Part shown: positions 7,952-16,359 of the stretch, piece by piece
Position numbering within the stretch: the first letter of the stretch is position 1
How the letters are laid out: every line of letters starts with the position of its first letter
Assembly (NCBI RefSeq): GCF_000260965.1
Contig: NC_017856.1
Location: 2,610,001-2,642,000 of the forward strand
DNA from: Methylophaga frappieri
GTDB taxonomy: Bacteria > Pseudomonadota > Gammaproteobacteria > Nitrosococcales > Methylophagaceae
Length of the DNA: 32,000 bases
Direction of reading: 5' to 3'
Notes under the pieces: generated by a model
What the model saw: only the letters and a program-made list of their open reading frames with translations
Told to the model about the DNA's origin: nothing
The model's database searches: none
Position numbers and translations under genes: made by a program

Positions 7952-8957
7952 ACTTTGCAGGCCGTTCCGTCGGTGCTGCTTCAGTTCCAGTAAAGCTCAG
8001 GGGTGACATCGTTATTGCTGAACTTTTGGTAGAGTTGGTTGACTGTTTTGGTTTTGGGAACCGTTCACCGAAGATTTTGCGCCAATATTCACATGCTTTT
8101 TCTTCATCGTCTTCTTTGAGGGCTTTTGCTGAGTTGTCCCTGTGCGTTTTGACCTTGTCGTAATATGCACAGAACTCTTCATCCGTAACACCAGATAAAA
8201 TATCCCCTCCAGGGACTGCGGGATCTTCAAGAACCGGACATATGCTGAACAAGCGATCATCTTCATACAAATCAAGAAAGTTTTGACACCAATCATGGAA
8301 TAGCTGACCGTAGTGAGTCTCAATTTCACTGATGTTTGGAGCGATGAATGCTTCCAGTGCAAAACTTTTAGGGTGTCGCGATACGGTCTTGTTATGTCTA
8401 CGAGCCCATTTAACCATTCGAGTCAGCGAATTAAATCGCCCTGAACAACGCTTATTTTGTTGTGCTGACCAGTTTGTGTGCTCTTCTGGATCGGTTTTGT
8501 ACCATTCACCAGTTATACGATTGCCGATACGGTACAAGGCATCGTGCTGTCTCTCCAAAAGAGGTGAAACATCAAGGTCAGCTTTGTTCATTGATAAGGC
8601 GATCGAGCACCGATTCCGTTTAAGTGAGGTAATGCCAAGATCTTTGCGTGCTCGATTGAGGGCCGCGTATATCTCATCCATAAGATCTGATGGATCTGAA
8701 AATAAAGGACTACCATCCACAACGACATACAGATCCACGTCAGGCCGTTCGGTCGAGCCATTTTTTACTCTTGGCCTTATAGCCGTAGAGCGCTTATAGG
8801 AGCCGCCTAGAATGATTCGTTTGATTTTGTTCTTGAGTTCATCGTCATTCAAAAGCGCAGTGCGCACGTCCTTGTGAGCACTTTGACAATTCGAGACAGT
8901 AGTGTTGCTCGGTGTGATGTCTTTGATGAATTCACTAAATCTAGCATTAGGTGTCAT
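7944..8957 (-). CDS. CBASS cGAS/DncV-like nucleotidyltransferase (CD-NTase)
   Basis: It has the Pol-beta NTase signature GGSYKRSTAIRPRVKNGSTERPDVDLYVVVD (GS...DxD) and a third acidic motif, KADLDVSP. I chose ATG 8957 (MTPNARFSEFIKDITP). The track start at 9056 would overlap the nrdB stop and cross the tandem repeats. The tail is low-complexity and ends in AKFA. Confidence 0.8.
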   Translation of the reverse strand: MTPNARFSEFIKDITPSNTTVSNCQSAHKDVRTALLNDDELKNKIKRIILGGSYKRSTAIRPRVKNGSTERPDVDLYVVVDGSPLFSDPSDLMDEIYAALNRARKDLGITSLKRNRCSIALSMNKADLDVSPLLERQHDALYRIGNRITGEWYKTDPEEHTNWSAQQNKRCSGRFNSLTRMVKWARRHNKTVSRHPKSFALEAFIAPNISEIETHYGQLFHDWCQNFLDLYEDDRLFSICPVLEDPAVPGGDILSGVTDEEFCAYYDKVKTHRDNSAKALKEDDEEKACEYWRKIFGERFPKPKQSTNSTKSSAITMSPLSFTGTEAAPTERPAKFA

Positions 8958-8992
8958 TTCATGGAGCCTACCTAGTGGTTGATTTTGATCTC

Positions 8993-9029
8993 TGCATTTT
9001 ATGGTCGTAAAATTGCATCTTATGGTCGT
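8993..9029. repeat. tandem direct repeat TGCATYTTATGGTCGT x2, 21-bp period, in the nrdB-CBASS spacer (candidate operator or promoter element)
   Basis: 8993-9008 is TGCATTTTATGGTCGT and 9014-9029 is TGCATCTTATGGTCGT, matching at 15/16 positions. The start-to-start distance of 21 bp equals two helical turns. The repeat lies 36-72 nt upstream of the preferred CD-NTase ATG. In the coding orientation the proximal copy contains TAAAAT. Confidence 0.5.
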
Positions 9030-9046
9030 CCCTACAGGCTTTTCGT

Positions 9047-10219
9047 TTAGTCCCATTTAAGGCCAGCACCAGTCTGATACTCGGTAACCTTGGTCTCGAA
9101 GAAGTTCTTCTCCTTGCGCATATTGGCTTGTTCCTCAAGCCAGGGCAGGGTGGCGTCTGCGCCGGGGAAGGGTTCGGCAAAGCCAAGTTGTTTGGCGCGC
9201 CGGTTGACGACGTAACGGAATTGGCCGTGGTGCATTTCTTTTGAGTAACCTAAGATAGGGTCACGCAGAATATAGCTGGAGTAAATTTCTTCAGCGGCAT
9301 CGGCTTCTTCAAACATCTGCTGGATTTTTTTCGGGTCCAGTTTGACGTTTTCTTCTTTGATGATTTGTTTGCAGACCCGGATACCGAATGCGGCATGCAT
9401 GACTTCATCACGCATGATGTATTGCAGCTGTTCGGCAGTGCCTTTCATCAGGCCACGACGTTGCAGGGCGAAGATAGGCGAAAAGCCGTTATAGAACCAG
9501 GCGCCTTCAAATATGCCGGCAAAAAACGCGTAAGACATGACGAAGGTTTCCAGTTCGTCACGGTCACGCAGATCAATATCGCTGCGCAACACGGTATTCA
9601 GGCGGTCATTGGCAAATTTAATCTTTTGATAAATTTCCGGTACCACGCGGTAGCGGTTGTAGATTTCTGCCTGATCCAGGCCAATGGTTTCAATACAGTG
9701 CTGGTAAGTCCAGGTGTGCAGTGACTCTTCGTAAACCTGACGCGCCTGATAGATTTGCAACTCGGGTGCGGCCATTTTTTCCATGACTGCCAGACCGATA
9801 TTACGCATGGCGAGAATATCGGAGGTGGTCAGGTAAGACAGCACGTTTTCATAGACGTGACGTTCTTCCATCGTCAATTTATGACGATAGTCGTGAACGT
9901 CCTGCGCCATGTTGATATCCAGCGGCGTCCAGTGGTTTTTATTGGCATTTAAGAAAAATTGCCATGCCCACGGATATTTGAAGGGCGCCAACTGGTTAAT
10001 GTCGGTTTCGCCATTAACAACGCGTTTGTCATCGACATTGACCGGTTTGGCATTAACCGGCGGCAATTCGCTGACGCTGGCTTTGGTAGGTACCGGCGTG
10101 TCCAGTTCGTTGGCTGCTTGGACATTGCTGGCCGGCGCGGTTGCCGCCGGTTCGCTTTGTTCTTGCTCAGGTTTCGCCGCTGGAGCGGTGGAGAATGGAT
10201 CGTCCCAGTTAAGGTTCAT
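9047..10219 (-). CDS. nrdB: ribonucleoside-diphosphate reductase class Ia, beta subunit
   Basis: It has di-iron/tyrosyl radical protein features (EESLHTWTY, MRDEVMHAAFG, C-terminal ...YQTGAGLKWD). The N-terminus carries a Pro/Ala-rich extension of about 80 aa, as in Pseudomonas-type NrdB. I chose ATG 10219 (MNLNWDDPF), which overlaps the nrdA TGA as ATGA. Confidence 0.9.
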   Translation of the reverse strand: MNLNWDDPFSTAPAAKPEQEQSEPAATAPASNVQAANELDTPVPTKASVSELPPVNAKPVNVDDKRVVNGETDINQLAPFKYPWAWQFFLNANKNHWTPLDINMAQDVHDYRHKLTMEERHVYENVLSYLTTSDILAMRNIGLAVMEKMAAPELQIYQARQVYEESLHTWTYQHCIETIGLDQAEIYNRYRVVPEIYQKIKFANDRLNTVLRSDIDLRDRDELETFVMSYAFFAGIFEGAWFYNGFSPIFALQRRGLMKGTAEQLQYIMRDEVMHAAFGIRVCKQIIKEENVKLDPKKIQQMFEEADAAEEIYSSYILRDPILGYSKEMHHGQFRYVVNRRAKQLGFAEPFPGADATLPWLEEQANMRKEKNFFETKVTEYQTGAGLKWD

Positions 10220-13083
10220 TGGCAGGCCTCGCAATCTGGTTCCAGAATTGAACAGGCTTTCGGTGCATCCTGACCTTCGCCTGAAATAAAGTCATCTTCG
10301 GTTTTGCCGACCGGTTTTAAGGTTGGCGGTGCAGCGGGTTTCGGCGCACTGGTCGAGTTAGGCGTTGCGGCGGTTTTTTCCTGACCGGTGGCACCCATCG
10401 AACGCAGGTAATAGGTGGTTTTCAGGCCACGTACCCAAGCCAGTTTGTACAGGTTATCCATTTTCTTGCCCGAAGGTTCAGCCATGTACAGGTTGAGACT
10501 TTGCGCCTGATCCAGCCATTTTTGACGGCGTGAAGCGGCTTCAATCAACCAGCGGGCGTCCATTTCAAACGCAGTGGTGTAGAGCGATTTCAGCTCATCC
10601 GGCACACGATCAATCGATTGCAGGCTGCCATCGTAGTATTTGAGGTCGTTAATCATGACCTCATCCCACAAACCGCGATCTTTTAAGTCACCCACCATGT
10701 ACGGGTTGATAACGGTGAACTCACCAGACAGATTCGATTTGACGAAGATGTTTTGGTAAGTCGGTTCGATGGACTGACTGACGCCACAAATATTTGAAAT
10801 GGTCGCTGTTGGCGCAATGGCCATGGTGTTCGAGTTACGCATGCCTTGACGTTTGATTTTGTCACGCAGCATATCCCAGTCCATGGTTTTGCTATCGTCT
10901 TGTTGCAGGTATTCGCCACGGGCTTCTTGTAACAGTTTGATAGAGTCGATTGGCAAAATGCCTTTGCTCCACAGGCTGCCGTCATAAGATTGATATTTAC
11001 CACGTTCTGCTGCCAAGTCAGAAGACGCTTCAATCGCGTAGTAACTGACGGCTTCCATCGAGTCATCAGCAAATTTAACGGCTTCTTCTGAGGCATAAGG
11101 CACACGCAGTTTGTACAGCGCATCCTGGAAGCCCATGATGCCCAAGCCGACCGGGCGGTGCAGCAGGTTAGAGTGACGTGCTTGCGGCACACTGTAGTAG
11201 TTGTACTCGATGACGTTGTCGAGCATCCGCATAGCTGTGCGGATGGTTTTTTGCAATTTCTCTTTATCCAGTTTGCCGTTTTCGTCAACGTGTTTGACCA
11301 GATTGACCGAGCCGAGATTACAAACCGCAATCTCTTTATCAGAGGTGTTGAGTGTGATTTCAGTACACAGGTTAGAGCTGTGGACGACGCCAACGTGCTG
11401 CTGTGGGCTACGGATGTTGCAAGGGTCTTTAAAGGTCACCCACGGATGGCCTGTTTCGAACAGCATGCCCAGCATTTTGCGCCATAAATCGACGGCTGGC
11501 ATACGTTTGAAGTTGCGAATTTCACCCCGATCCGCTTTGGCTTCGTATTCGGCATAGGCTTTTTCAAACGCCAGACCGGTGAGATCATGCAGATCCTCGA
11601 CTTCTTCTGGTGAGAACAGGGTCCACTGGGCTTCTTCGACGACCCGCTTCATAAACAGATCCGGAATCCAGTTGGCGGTATTCATGTCATGCGTACGGCG
11701 ACGATCATCACCGGTGTTTTTACGCATATCGAGGAATTCCTCAACATCAATATGCCAGGTTTCCAGATAAGCGCAGACTGCACCTTTACGTTTGCCGCCT
11801 TGGTTAACAGCAACCGCTGTGTCGTTGGCCACTTTCAAAAATGGCACCACACCTTGTGATTTGCCGTTAGTGCCTTTGATATGGGCACCGAGACCACGAA
11901 CGCGTGTCCAGTCATTACCCAGACCACCAGCAAATTTAGACAGTAGGGCGTTGTCACGGATTGCACCGTAAATACCACTGAGATCATCCGGTACTGTTGT
12001 CAGATAGCAAGACGACAATTGTGGACGCAGGGTGCCTGAGTTAAACAGCGTGGGGGTCGAGCTCATAAAGTCAAAGCTGGACAGCAGGTTATAAAACTCA
12101 ATGGCGCGGGCTTCTCGATCGATTTCGTTGATCGCCAGCCCCATCGCGACACGCATATAGAATGCCTGAGGCAGCTCAAAGCGGGTGCCGTCGTGATGAA
12201 TAAAGTAACGGTCGTAAAGTGTTTGCAGGCCGAGATAGGTAAACTCAAAATCCAGTTCAGGTTTTAGGGCTTTACCGAGTCGATCAAGATCAAACAGGGC
12301 GAGTTCGGAGTCCAGCAGTTCGTGTTCGATAGCGGTGTGGATATAGGATTTGAAGTAATCCGGATAAATCTCCGCCATTTCACTTTGTTTCGCTTGTTTG
12401 TGCGTTTTGTAAACAAAGCTGAGGGCTTCTCGACGGATGCCGTCCATTAACAAACGTGCAGCTAACGCACTGTAAGCGGGGTCTTTTTCGATAAAAGTAC
12501 GTGCACCCATGACCAGTGCTTTTTCCACATCACTGGCTTTCACACCATCAAACAGGTTGCGCTGTGTATCGCGCATGATGACGTCACGATCAACTTCAGC
12601 CAGTCCTTCACAGGCTTCGGTGATTAAATCATGCAAACGGTCAATATCGAGTGGTTGGCGTGAGCCATCAGCAGCGGTGATATGCAGGGTGGTTTCGTTG
12701 GCAGGTTTCGGATGTCTTTTTTCTTCTTCAGCACGTTTTTCGGCTTGTTTTTCACGATAAAGTACATACGAGCGGGCGATTTTGTATTCGCCAGCACGCA
12801 TCAGCGCTAATTCGACTTGATCTTGAATATCTTCGATATGCACTGTGCCACCGTCATCCAGACGGCGCAGCAAGTTTTCAGTGATCTGTTTGGTTAGCTC
12901 TGAAACCGTTTCATGGATCCGTCGGCTATTTTGGGCGGCGTCGCCTTCAACGGCCAGAAATGCCTTGGTCATGGCGACGGCAATTTTACTGCTATCAAAG
13001 TCAGTGACTTTGCCGTTACGGCGAATCACGTTGTAGCCAGATTCGGATGCGGATTGGGTGTATTGTGCTGCTTCACTCGCCAT
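10216..13083 (-). CDS. nrdA: ribonucleoside-diphosphate reductase class Ia, alpha subunit (tandem ATP-cones)
   Basis: Hallmark segments are NLCTEI, the active-site region, and the C-terminal Cys pair (EPDCEACQ). Two ATP-cone-like N-terminal segments are present (VIRRNGKVTDFDSSKI and TLHITAADGSRQPLDIDRL). I chose ATG 13083, behind CAGGGA. The track start at 13218 would read through the NrdR boxes. Confidence 0.95.
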   Translation of the reverse strand: MASEAAQYTQSASESGYNVIRRNGKVTDFDSSKIAVAMTKAFLAVEGDAAQNSRRIHETVSELTKQITENLLRRLDDGGTVHIEDIQDQVELALMRAGEYKIARSYVLYREKQAEKRAEEEKRHPKPANETTLHITAADGSRQPLDIDRLHDLITEACEGLAEVDRDVIMRDTQRNLFDGVKASDVEKALVMGARTFIEKDPAYSALAARLLMDGIRREALSFVYKTHKQAKQSEMAEIYPDYFKSYIHTAIEHELLDSELALFDLDRLGKALKPELDFEFTYLGLQTLYDRYFIHHDGTRFELPQAFYMRVAMGLAINEIDREARAIEFYNLLSSFDFMSSTPTLFNSGTLRPQLSSCYLTTVPDDLSGIYGAIRDNALLSKFAGGLGNDWTRVRGLGAHIKGTNGKSQGVVPFLKVANDTAVAVNQGGKRKGAVCAYLETWHIDVEEFLDMRKNTGDDRRRTHDMNTANWIPDLFMKRVVEEAQWTLFSPEEVEDLHDLTGLAFEKAYAEYEAKADRGEIRNFKRMPAVDLWRKMLGMLFETGHPWVTFKDPCNIRSPQQHVGVVHSSNLCTEITLNTSDKEIAVCNLGSVNLVKHVDENGKLDKEKLQKTIRTAMRMLDNVIEYNYYSVPQARHSNLLHRPVGLGIMGFQDALYKLRVPYASEEAVKFADDSMEAVSYYAIEASSDLAAERGKYQSYDGSLWSKGILPIDSIKLLQEARGEYLQQDDSKTMDWDMLRDKIKRQGMRNSNTMAIAPTATISNICGVSQSIEPTYQNIFVKSNLSGEFTVINPYMVGDLKDRGLWDEVMINDLKYYDGSLQSIDRVPDELKSLYTTAFEMDARWLIEAASRRQKWLDQAQSLNLYMAEPSGKKMDNLYKLAWVRGLKTTYYLRSMGATGQEKTAATPNSTSAPKPAAPPTLKPVGKTEDDFISGEGQDAPKACSILEPDCEACQ

Positions 13084-13125
13084 AAGAATATCCCTGCATT
13101 GTCTGAAAAGTCGATTTGCCACAAA

Positions 13126-13141
13126 CCACAATAAATTGTGG
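13126..13141 (-). promoter_or_regulatory. NrdR box 1 (proximal)
   Basis: CCACAATAAATTGTGG is a near-perfect 16-bp palindrome of the CACAAT-N-ATTGTG type expected for NrdR operators. Its centre is about 50 nt upstream of the nrdA ATG. Confidence 0.6.
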
Positions 13142-13157
13142 TCGAAATAAGATTGAA

Positions 13158-13173
13158 CCACAAGATAATGTGT
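13158..13173 (-). promoter_or_regulatory. NrdR box 2
   Basis: CCACAAGATAATGTGT, with its centre 32 bp (three helical turns) from box 1, which is the usual tandem NrdR-box spacing. It overlaps the candidate -10 element. Confidence 0.55.
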
Positions 13174-13190
13174 TTTTGAAAGTGGTGCAA
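13162..13190 (-). promoter_or_regulatory. candidate sigma70 promoter of nrdAB
   Basis: The minus strand reads TTGCAC (13190-13185), a 17-nt spacer, then TATCTT (13167-13162). The -10 element sits inside NrdR box 2. This is a pattern match only. Confidence 0.35.
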
Positions 13191-13200
13191 GGGGATAAAC

Positions 13201-13217
13201 TGCACATAAATTGTGCA
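13201..13217 (-). promoter_or_regulatory. possible third NrdR-like box
   Basis: TGCACATAAATTGTGCA has perfect 6-bp arms around TAAAT. It is about 43 bp upstream of box 2, so the phasing is less canonical. Confidence 0.35.
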
Positions 13218-13384
13218 TGATTTGTGGATAACTTAGGGGGGACTATCGGGTAAGGTAGAGACCATGCGCGATCCCTGTTGCATGTCTCTTTTTGGTGCGG
13301 TCTGAAAAATTTTTTTTGCAGGGTCGTTTTCGCTGCGTATTGACTGCCGCAACGAAAATCAACTCAAGCTGAGGCGGATAAATT

Positions 13385-13912
13385 TCAGATCGTTTCGGTG
13401 ATGCTGACTGCGCGACTACTCAGGATTTGTTTTGCCTGATTGACACCATCTCGGTTTTCGGCCTGAACAACAATGGTCCACTTATTATCAGCGCTGGCTT
13501 CAACAGTTTCTGTGATGAGCGGATCATGATCTGGGCGAAGGGAAATCGCACCCGCAATCATCATACCTATCATCAGACCGACAAAACCGAGTGCAAAATA
13601 AGTTGCGCCAGGGTTTGATTCAGTAAAAGTCGGACCAGCAGTAATCAAAATGCTGGCTAAAATCAAGCCGGCTAACAAGCCTACCACGCCCAGCACACCA
13701 TGTGATTTGAGGATGGTGCCAGCAATACCAGGACTGTCTGGCTCAATTTTATGGCTTAAATTAGCGTCATTTGGCTGAATGATATTGATAACATCCTGAG
13801 AAAAAAAGCCGGATTGTAGTAACGCTTTTTCTGCAGCACGGGCATCGGTTTCGTTATTAAAAACTGCCGCAATTTTGCCGGGATGTGCTTCATCAATCAG
13901 ATTGACGTCCAT
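13385..13912 (-). CDS. hypothetical membrane protein
   Basis: 175-aa ORF with GAGG upstream of its ATG. It has two or three hydrophobic helices (GVLGVVGLLAGLILASILITAG, YFALGFVGLMIGMMIAGAISL) flanked by soluble N- and C-terminal segments. No family recognised with confidence. Confidence 0.55.
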   Translation of the reverse strand: MDVNLIDEAHPGKIAAVFNNETDARAAEKALLQSGFFSQDVINIIQPNDANLSHKIEPDSPGIAGTILKSHGVLGVVGLLAGLILASILITAGPTFTESNPGATYFALGFVGLMIGMMIAGAISLRPDHDPLITETVEASADNKWTIVVQAENRDGVNQAKQILSSRAVSITETI

Positions 13913-14049
13913 AAACTTGCCTCAAAATTTAAAACACATAGTAACAATGCGGATTGTATGGTTTTTTTCAAGGCGTAATTTAATTTTGTGATTTATATCA
14001 AATGGTTGTTAAGTATACTTGACTCTATGTTTAATAATTATTCTCATTA

Positions 14050-16200
14050 TCAGCGATTACTAACCTGGAATACGCCGACTAATTGACCTAATTGTTGTGC
14101 GGTATTTCTGACAGATGCCGAGCGTTGTTGCAGCGCATCAACCGCTTTTTGTAATTGCTCAGCTGAAGCGCCTACCTGACGTGCGGTATCGCCATGAACA
14201 TGGCTGTTATGGTCCATTTGTTTGATACTGGCAAAAATCTGCTCAACAAGCTGGTGTAATTGGTTGTTTTCTGAACTGTTTTGTTCTGTTCTCTTCAGAT
14301 TGAAATCAACATTTTCAACGCCGCTTTCCATGAATTTAACGGCATCCTGAGTCTCATGTTGCATGCCTTCAATCATTTTTTGAATTTCATCGGCTGAATT
14401 CGCTGTACGCGATGCCAGATTACGCACTTCGTCAGCGACAACCGAAAAACCACGGCCATGTTCCCCTGCGCGGGCAGCCTCAATAGCCGCATTCAGTGCC
14501 AGCAGATTAGTTTGATTGGTAATGTCGGTAATGACACTAATAATATTGCCGATGTCAGCAGTACGGCTGTTCAGGGATTTAACAGCGGTGGCGGTTGTTG
14601 CGACAACGTCACGTATTTCCTGGGTACCACTGCGTGCCGCTTCATATTGCGCGCGGGCTTCTGCCACGACATCATCCATAGCGGATTTCATGGCTTCAGC
14701 GGTGGTAGCTGTCTGGCTGATGTCCTGAATCTGCTCATTGATTAGCCCCAACATTTTACTGATGGCATCCGTCACTTCATCTGATACTTGGCAGGCTTCC
14801 TGGTTAGTCGTCAACATGGCTTCGTTATTGTCACGCACATCATGACTGGTGCGAATGACTTGGCCAACAATGCCATCAAGGTTATCAATGAAGCTATTAA
14901 TCCATCGCCCCATATCACCGGTTTCATCATTAGCTAACCGGTTGGTATCTAATCGCTGGCGAAGATTGCCTTCACCTTCGGCAATTTCCTGAATAACGCG
15001 GGTCATCTGGTTGAGTCTGTTTGCCAGTTTTTTGGTCAGGCTCTTACGTAAAATCAGCGCCATAAGGATTAATGCCGCGACTGATATCCCATCAATGGCC
15101 AATTGTGGCAATGCAGTAAAATAATGCAGGGCACTGTTACTCGCCAAAAGAACAGCCATGCCGGTGACAAAGCCTTTTAGTAAGCTGAAGTTGACACTGC
15201 GGCGTCGATAAACCTCTTCAAGATCACCTTCACACATCATGCCCCAGCGATCTTTTGAACCTTTTAATTGAAAGGTAACCCCTTTACCGATAACCGGAAT
15301 ATGTCGATAGTCTGAATAGGCGGGGTAGGTGACAAACAGGTTTTGACCGTTTTTGATCGTTTCACGAACACCGGGATGTAACTGGCCTGTCGCTGGATCG
15401 GTAAAGCGAATTTCAAATTCTGTATGGTTTTGGATGCGAACCGTACCGAATTCAGTGTGAATGCCGCTTTTTAGATTTTCGCCATGAGAAAAGGTGTCAT
15501 CTTCAAACCGGGAGCGTGACAAGGCGATGCCTTGCTGCACATTCGGATCGAATAGTGAGTTGACCATGAAAATATAGTTGTCACCGGATTCTGGGTAGAT
15601 ATGGCCAGCTTCCCGCTGAATCAAATCGCTCATGACATCATTAGGAACCCGTCCACAGAGAATCGCGACAGTCTCATTGTCGACCCGAATGGGTTGGTAA
15701 AACATCAACGTGACTGCATCATGAAATTTGGAGATTGAGGCGCCAATCTGCAACGTTAAGGGATCAACATACGGACCATGTAAGAAGATATCTTCCAGTC
15801 CTGCATTGACGGCTGCTGGATTCAAATCCTGTTGGCCAATGTGTCCAGCGAAGGTGGAGTAGCGCACTTTGCCATCGGGGTTTACTAAAAATAGCTCAGA
15901 AAAATCTCGCAGCCCCGCTAACTGTTGTTTGAGATATTCACTACCGGTTTCCGGCCATTGCGTGCTGATACGCTCAGCCATCTGGCCAAGTTGTTGCCAG
16001 AGATATTCGGACCATTGTTCGAGTAATTTGACCCGTGTCGCGGCAATACCTTCAAAGGTATGTTCTACATCGCTGTAGGTGTCCTTGTTTAAAAAACAGC
16101 TCCATGCCAGTTTCAGTTTTCCATTAGCGCCAAACCAGGGCAACCAGTTGCGTTCAGAGCGACTTAGGTTCATTTGCTGACTTTTAAGCTGTAGTGACAT
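14050..16200 (-). CDS. methyl-accepting chemotaxis protein
   Basis: It has the conserved MCP signalling hairpin ([37 protein letters not shown]). A HAMP-like segment follows a hydrophobic pair near residues 345-390. The N-terminal domain is about 340 aa and has no N-terminal transmembrane helix. Confidence 0.9.
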   Translation of the reverse strand: MSLQLKSQQMNLSRSERNWLPWFGANGKLKLAWSCFLNKDTYSDVEHTFEGIAATRVKLLEQWSEYLWQQLGQMAERISTQWPETGSEYLKQQLAGLRDFSELFLVNPDGKVRYSTFAGHIGQQDLNPAAVNAGLEDIFLHGPYVDPLTLQIGASISKFHDAVTLMFYQPIRVDNETVAILCGRVPNDVMSDLIQREAGHIYPESGDNYIFMVNSLFDPNVQQGIALSRSRFEDDTFSHGENLKSGIHTEFGTVRIQNHTEFEIRFTDPATGQLHPGVRETIKNGQNLFVTYPAYSDYRHIPVIGKGVTFQLKGSKDRWGMMCEGDLEEVYRRRSVNFSLLKGFVTGMAVLLASNSALHYFTALPQLAIDGISVAALILMALILRKSLTKKLANRLNQMTRVIQEIAEGEGNLRQRLDTNRLANDETGDMGRWINSFIDNLDGIVGQVIRTSHDVRDNNEAMLTTNQEACQVSDEVTDAISKMLGLINEQIQDISQTATTAEAMKSAMDDVVAEARAQYEAARSGTQEIRDVVATTATAVKSLNSRTADIGNIISVITDITNQTNLLALNAAIEAARAGEHGRGFSVVADEVRNLASRTANSADEIQKMIEGMQHETQDAVKFMESGVENVDFNLKRTEQNSSENNQLHQLVEQIFASIKQMDHNSHVHGDTARQVGASAEQLQKAVDALQQRSASVRNTAQQLGQLVGVFQVSNR

Positions 16201-16359
16201 GCGGGGTTCTCATAGTAGATATTGCGAAAAACAAGCAAAACTCACACCAACCATTCAATTATCGTCAGTTCTGGGCTAATGTCATATTTTTAGGCATGTT
16301 TTGCACCGTTATGGTGCTGCTTGCGATAACAGTTGCGCACAAGGGGTGCAGGGAAACGT

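Noticed and set aside
8012-8799. ORFs 8012-8362 (minus strand, alternate frame) and 8332-8799 (plus strand) within the CD-NTase gene, plus 7113-7499 (plus strand) within cap2 and 5290-5886 within nucC/cap3.
   Set aside because: They are embedded in genes with clear catalytic motifs and have no independent signals. They are treated as frame or antisense artefacts.
8958-9056. A 33-codon N-terminal extension of the CD-NTase that overlaps the nrdB stop.
   Set aside because: It would overlap nrdB and be encoded by the tandem 16-bp repeats. The MTPNARFSEFIKDITP start at 8957 fits CD-NTase N-termini better. This remains uncertain without experimental start mapping.
10683-11393. A 236-aa minus-strand ORF in another frame inside nrdA, and several plus-strand ORFs opposite nrdA/nrdB (9365-9724, 9909-10289, 9959-10273, 11158-11557, 12509-13134).
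   Set aside because: They lie entirely within the strongly supported nrdA and nrdB coding sequences. Their composition is biased and low-complexity (Ser/Thr/Cys/Arg-rich), with no motifs or RBS. They are typical shadow ORFs.
13084-13218. A 45-codon N-terminal extension of nrdA (MHNLCAVYPL...) from the ORF track.
   Set aside because: It reads through the three NrdR-type palindromes and the candidate promoter. The internal ATG at 13083 has an RBS-like CAGGGA and gives the usual NrdA N-terminus.
13327-13358. An imperfect hairpin (TTTTCGCTGCG ... CGCAACGAAAA) downstream of the 13385 membrane-protein gene, considered as an intrinsic terminator.
   Set aside because: The stem has a mismatch or wobble. 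On the transcribed (minus) strand, the T-run lies about 20 nt beyond the stem, after an A-run. It is not a canonical terminator.
16303-16317. A short hairpin, GCACC-GTTAT-GGTGC, downstream of bcp.
   Set aside because: The stem is only 5 bp. The T-run lies on the wrong side for the minus-strand bcp transcript, and there is no plus-strand gene for it to terminate.
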